Source: Porphyromonas sp.
GTDB taxonomy: Bacteria > Bacteroidota > Bacteroidia > Bacteroidales > Paludibacteraceae
Reading direction: 5' to 3'
Length of the DNA: 58,315 nucleotides
Assembly (NCBI GenBank): GCA_020726365.1
Contig: DYSC01000001.1
Span: forward strand, 15,808 to 74,122
The stretch's first letter is position 1. Each line of letters begins with the position of its first letter. The notes below the pieces were generated by a model. The model did no database searches. It was not told the origin of the DNA and saw only the letters and a list, made by a program, of their open reading frames with translations. The translations under genes were made by a program, and so were the position numbers. Below are positions 56,638 through 58,315 of this stretch, in pieces.

Positions 56638-58315
56638 ATGATTAATATTACCAAAATTAAAGTATTCGGTTTTGTATGCTTATTATCGGTTTCGCTTTTC
56701 TCGCAGGATTTAAGTAAAGTTGATATGAGTAAGCTAACTCCCGAACAAATGGAAATGTATAAAAAATACATGGCTACAAAAGGTGGTGTTGCTACAACTG
56801 CCACACCCGGTGTCGAATCCAAAGTTCCCGAAAATCGTAAAGCAGAAGTAGCAACAGCAGCATCAACAGCTCCTACTTCTACAGCTCTCAATTATTTTGG
56901 TTCGTATCTTTTTTCGAACCAGCAACTTAGTTTCGAACCCAAATTAAATATTCCTACTCCTGCTAACTATGTGTTAGGTGCTTACGATGAGCTAATTGTT
57001 GATGTTTCGGGTCTTTACGAAGCCTATTACAAACTCAAAGTTTCGCCCGAAGGTACTATTCGTATACCTAATGTTGGTCCTGTAAAAGTGGCGGGTAAAA
57101 CTGTTGAAGATGCCACAAAAAGTATTCGAGCCGAAGTTTCTAAAGTTTATCAGGGGGTATCGAGTGGCGAAACAAAAATCAATATTAACCTCGGCGATAT
57201 TCGCAGTATTCGTGTGACGATTATTGGCGATGCCGTTCGTCCGGGAACCTATACTTTACCTTCGTTGGCTACAGCATTTAATGCCCTTTATGCATGTGGA
57301 GGTCCTTCTGAATCGGGTAGCATGCGCCAAGTGAATGTTATCAGAGCGGGTAAACAAATTGCATCTATCGATGTCTACAAATTCCTTACTGATGGTGTTA
57401 TCCCGAATAATGTATTGCTACACGATGAGGATGTAATTCGAATTGAACCTTACAAAATGCGCGTTATTGTACAAGGTTCTACCAAAATAAATAGTATTTT
57501 CGAAGGAGTTCAGGGCGAAACTCTTAACGATATTTTACGCTATGCAGGTGGTTTTAAGGATGATGCTTTTACAAAAATTGCAACCATGGTACGTATTTCC
57601 GATAATCAAAAAAAGGTTATTGATGTGCCTGAGGCTGATTATAAAAAATTCATAATTCAATCCGGCGACGAATATACTTTTTCGACCAACCCCGATAAAT
57701 TCAAAAATCGTATTGAGATTGTAGGAAGTGTTAATCGGCCGGGTGTATATTCACTCGAAACTGCTCCTACGGTAAAGCAATTAATTGAAAACGCAGCGGG
57801 TCTAAAAGAAGATGCATTTCTAAATGTGGCTTTAATAACTCGCAAACGTGAAAATTTAGTTCCCGAAATGATTAATTTTAATTTGGGTGATTTAGTTACC
57901 GGTAAAATTTCTGATATTAGCTTGCAACGCGATGATAGGGTTGAAATTAGTAATTTATTTGATTACCGCGAAGGATTTAAAGTTTCTATTTCGGGCGAAG
58001 TAAAAGCACCTGGTACTTTTCCGCTTGTTGAAAATTTAACTTTAATGGATTTGATAGTTAAAGCGAAAGGTTTTACTGAAGCTGCTGCGACTGATTCGAT
58101 TGAAGTAATTCGGATTATTAAGGACAAAAACACCTTGTTAAATTCGAGTGTGAAATCAATAGTTCGAAAATTTAAAATTGATAAGGAGTTAAATTTGAGC
58201 AACTCGGATGGTGGTTTTGTATTGGAAGATGGCGATCAGGTGGTGGTACGCTCTATACCTGGATATGAAAATATCCGTATGGTACGTCTCGATGGTGAAG
58301 TGCTTCGTCCGGGAG
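56638..58315 (+). CDS. Second SLBB-domain polysaccharide export protein, runs off the window
   Basis: Open frame from ATG 56638 (MINITKIKVFGFVCLLSVSLFSQDLSKVDMSKLTPEQMEMYKKYM); paralogous to the preceding gene; missing from the ORF track because it has no stop in the window. Confidence 0.9.
   Translation, partial: MINITKIKVFGFVCLLSVSLFSQDLSKVDMSKLTPEQMEMYKKYMATKGGVATTATPGVESKVPENRKAEVATAASTAPTSTALNYFGSYLFSNQQLSFEPKLNIPTPANYVLGAYDELIVDVSGLYEAYYKLKVSPEGTIRIPNVGPVKVAGKTVEDATKSIRAEVSKVYQGVSSGETKININLGDIRSIRVTIIGDAVRPGTYTLPSLATAFNALYACGGPSESGSMRQVNVIRAGKQIASIDVYKFLTDGVIPNNVLLHDEDVIRIEPYKMRVIVQGSTKINSIFEGVQGETLNDILRYAGGFKDDAFTKIATMVRISDNQKKVIDVPEADYKKFIIQSGDEYTFSTNPDKFKNRIEIVGSVNRPGVYSLETAPTVKQLIENAAGLKEDAFLNVALITRKRENLVPEMINFNLGDLVTGKISDISLQRDDRVEISNLFDYREGFKVSISGEVKAPGTFPLVENLTLMDLIVKAKGFTEAAATDSIEVIRIIKDKNTLLNSSVKSIVRKFKIDKELNLSNSDGGFVLEDGDQVVVRSIPGYENIRMVRLDGEVLRPG

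Noticed and set aside
425-58202. Numerous short antisense and nested ORFs in the track
   Set aside because: They overlap well-supported genes on the opposite strand or another frame and show no recognisable motifs

Overview
AT-rich chromosomal window from a Bacteroidota bacterium, probably Bacteroidales and Paludibacter-like. This is inferred from gene content and from TAnnTTTG -7 promoter boxes in front of most transcription units. Most of the window is housekeeping: glyQS, acyl-CoA synthetase, metF, M3 peptidase, pullulanase, pepD, ftsK-lolA-trxB, nrnA-apgM-thrC-ribE, comEC, rpe, buk, ruvC, tRNA-Ala(GGC), tRNA-Thr(CGT), and the start of a surface-polysaccharide locus. Two loci stand out. 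(1) 43286-51392: tRNA-Thr is followed without a visible terminator by a 113-aa ORF with an N-terminal hydrophobic segment and a C-terminal FSRPPP motif, a candidate ribosome-arrest leader. Next come a 216-nt spacer with four hairpins and an operon of TonB-dependent receptor, AmpG/YbtX-like MFS permease, hemN, hemH and hemG/Y. This reads as a candidate leader-peptide-controlled porphyrin import and heme-completion system. (2) 21348-31482: a duplicated module of a surface lipoprotein plus an NPA-motif (DUF5723-like) outer-membrane barrel with Ca-binding TSP3-like repeats and an OmpA domain. A third barrel copy has lost its tether, and the frameshifted relic is still readable. Also present are decayed accessory genes (AAA-ATPase::DUF3226-like deletion fusion, DUF4160/DUF2442 pair, a barrel pseudogene) and several dispersed short-repeat families. 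All family assignments are from motif recognition by eye; no searches were run.
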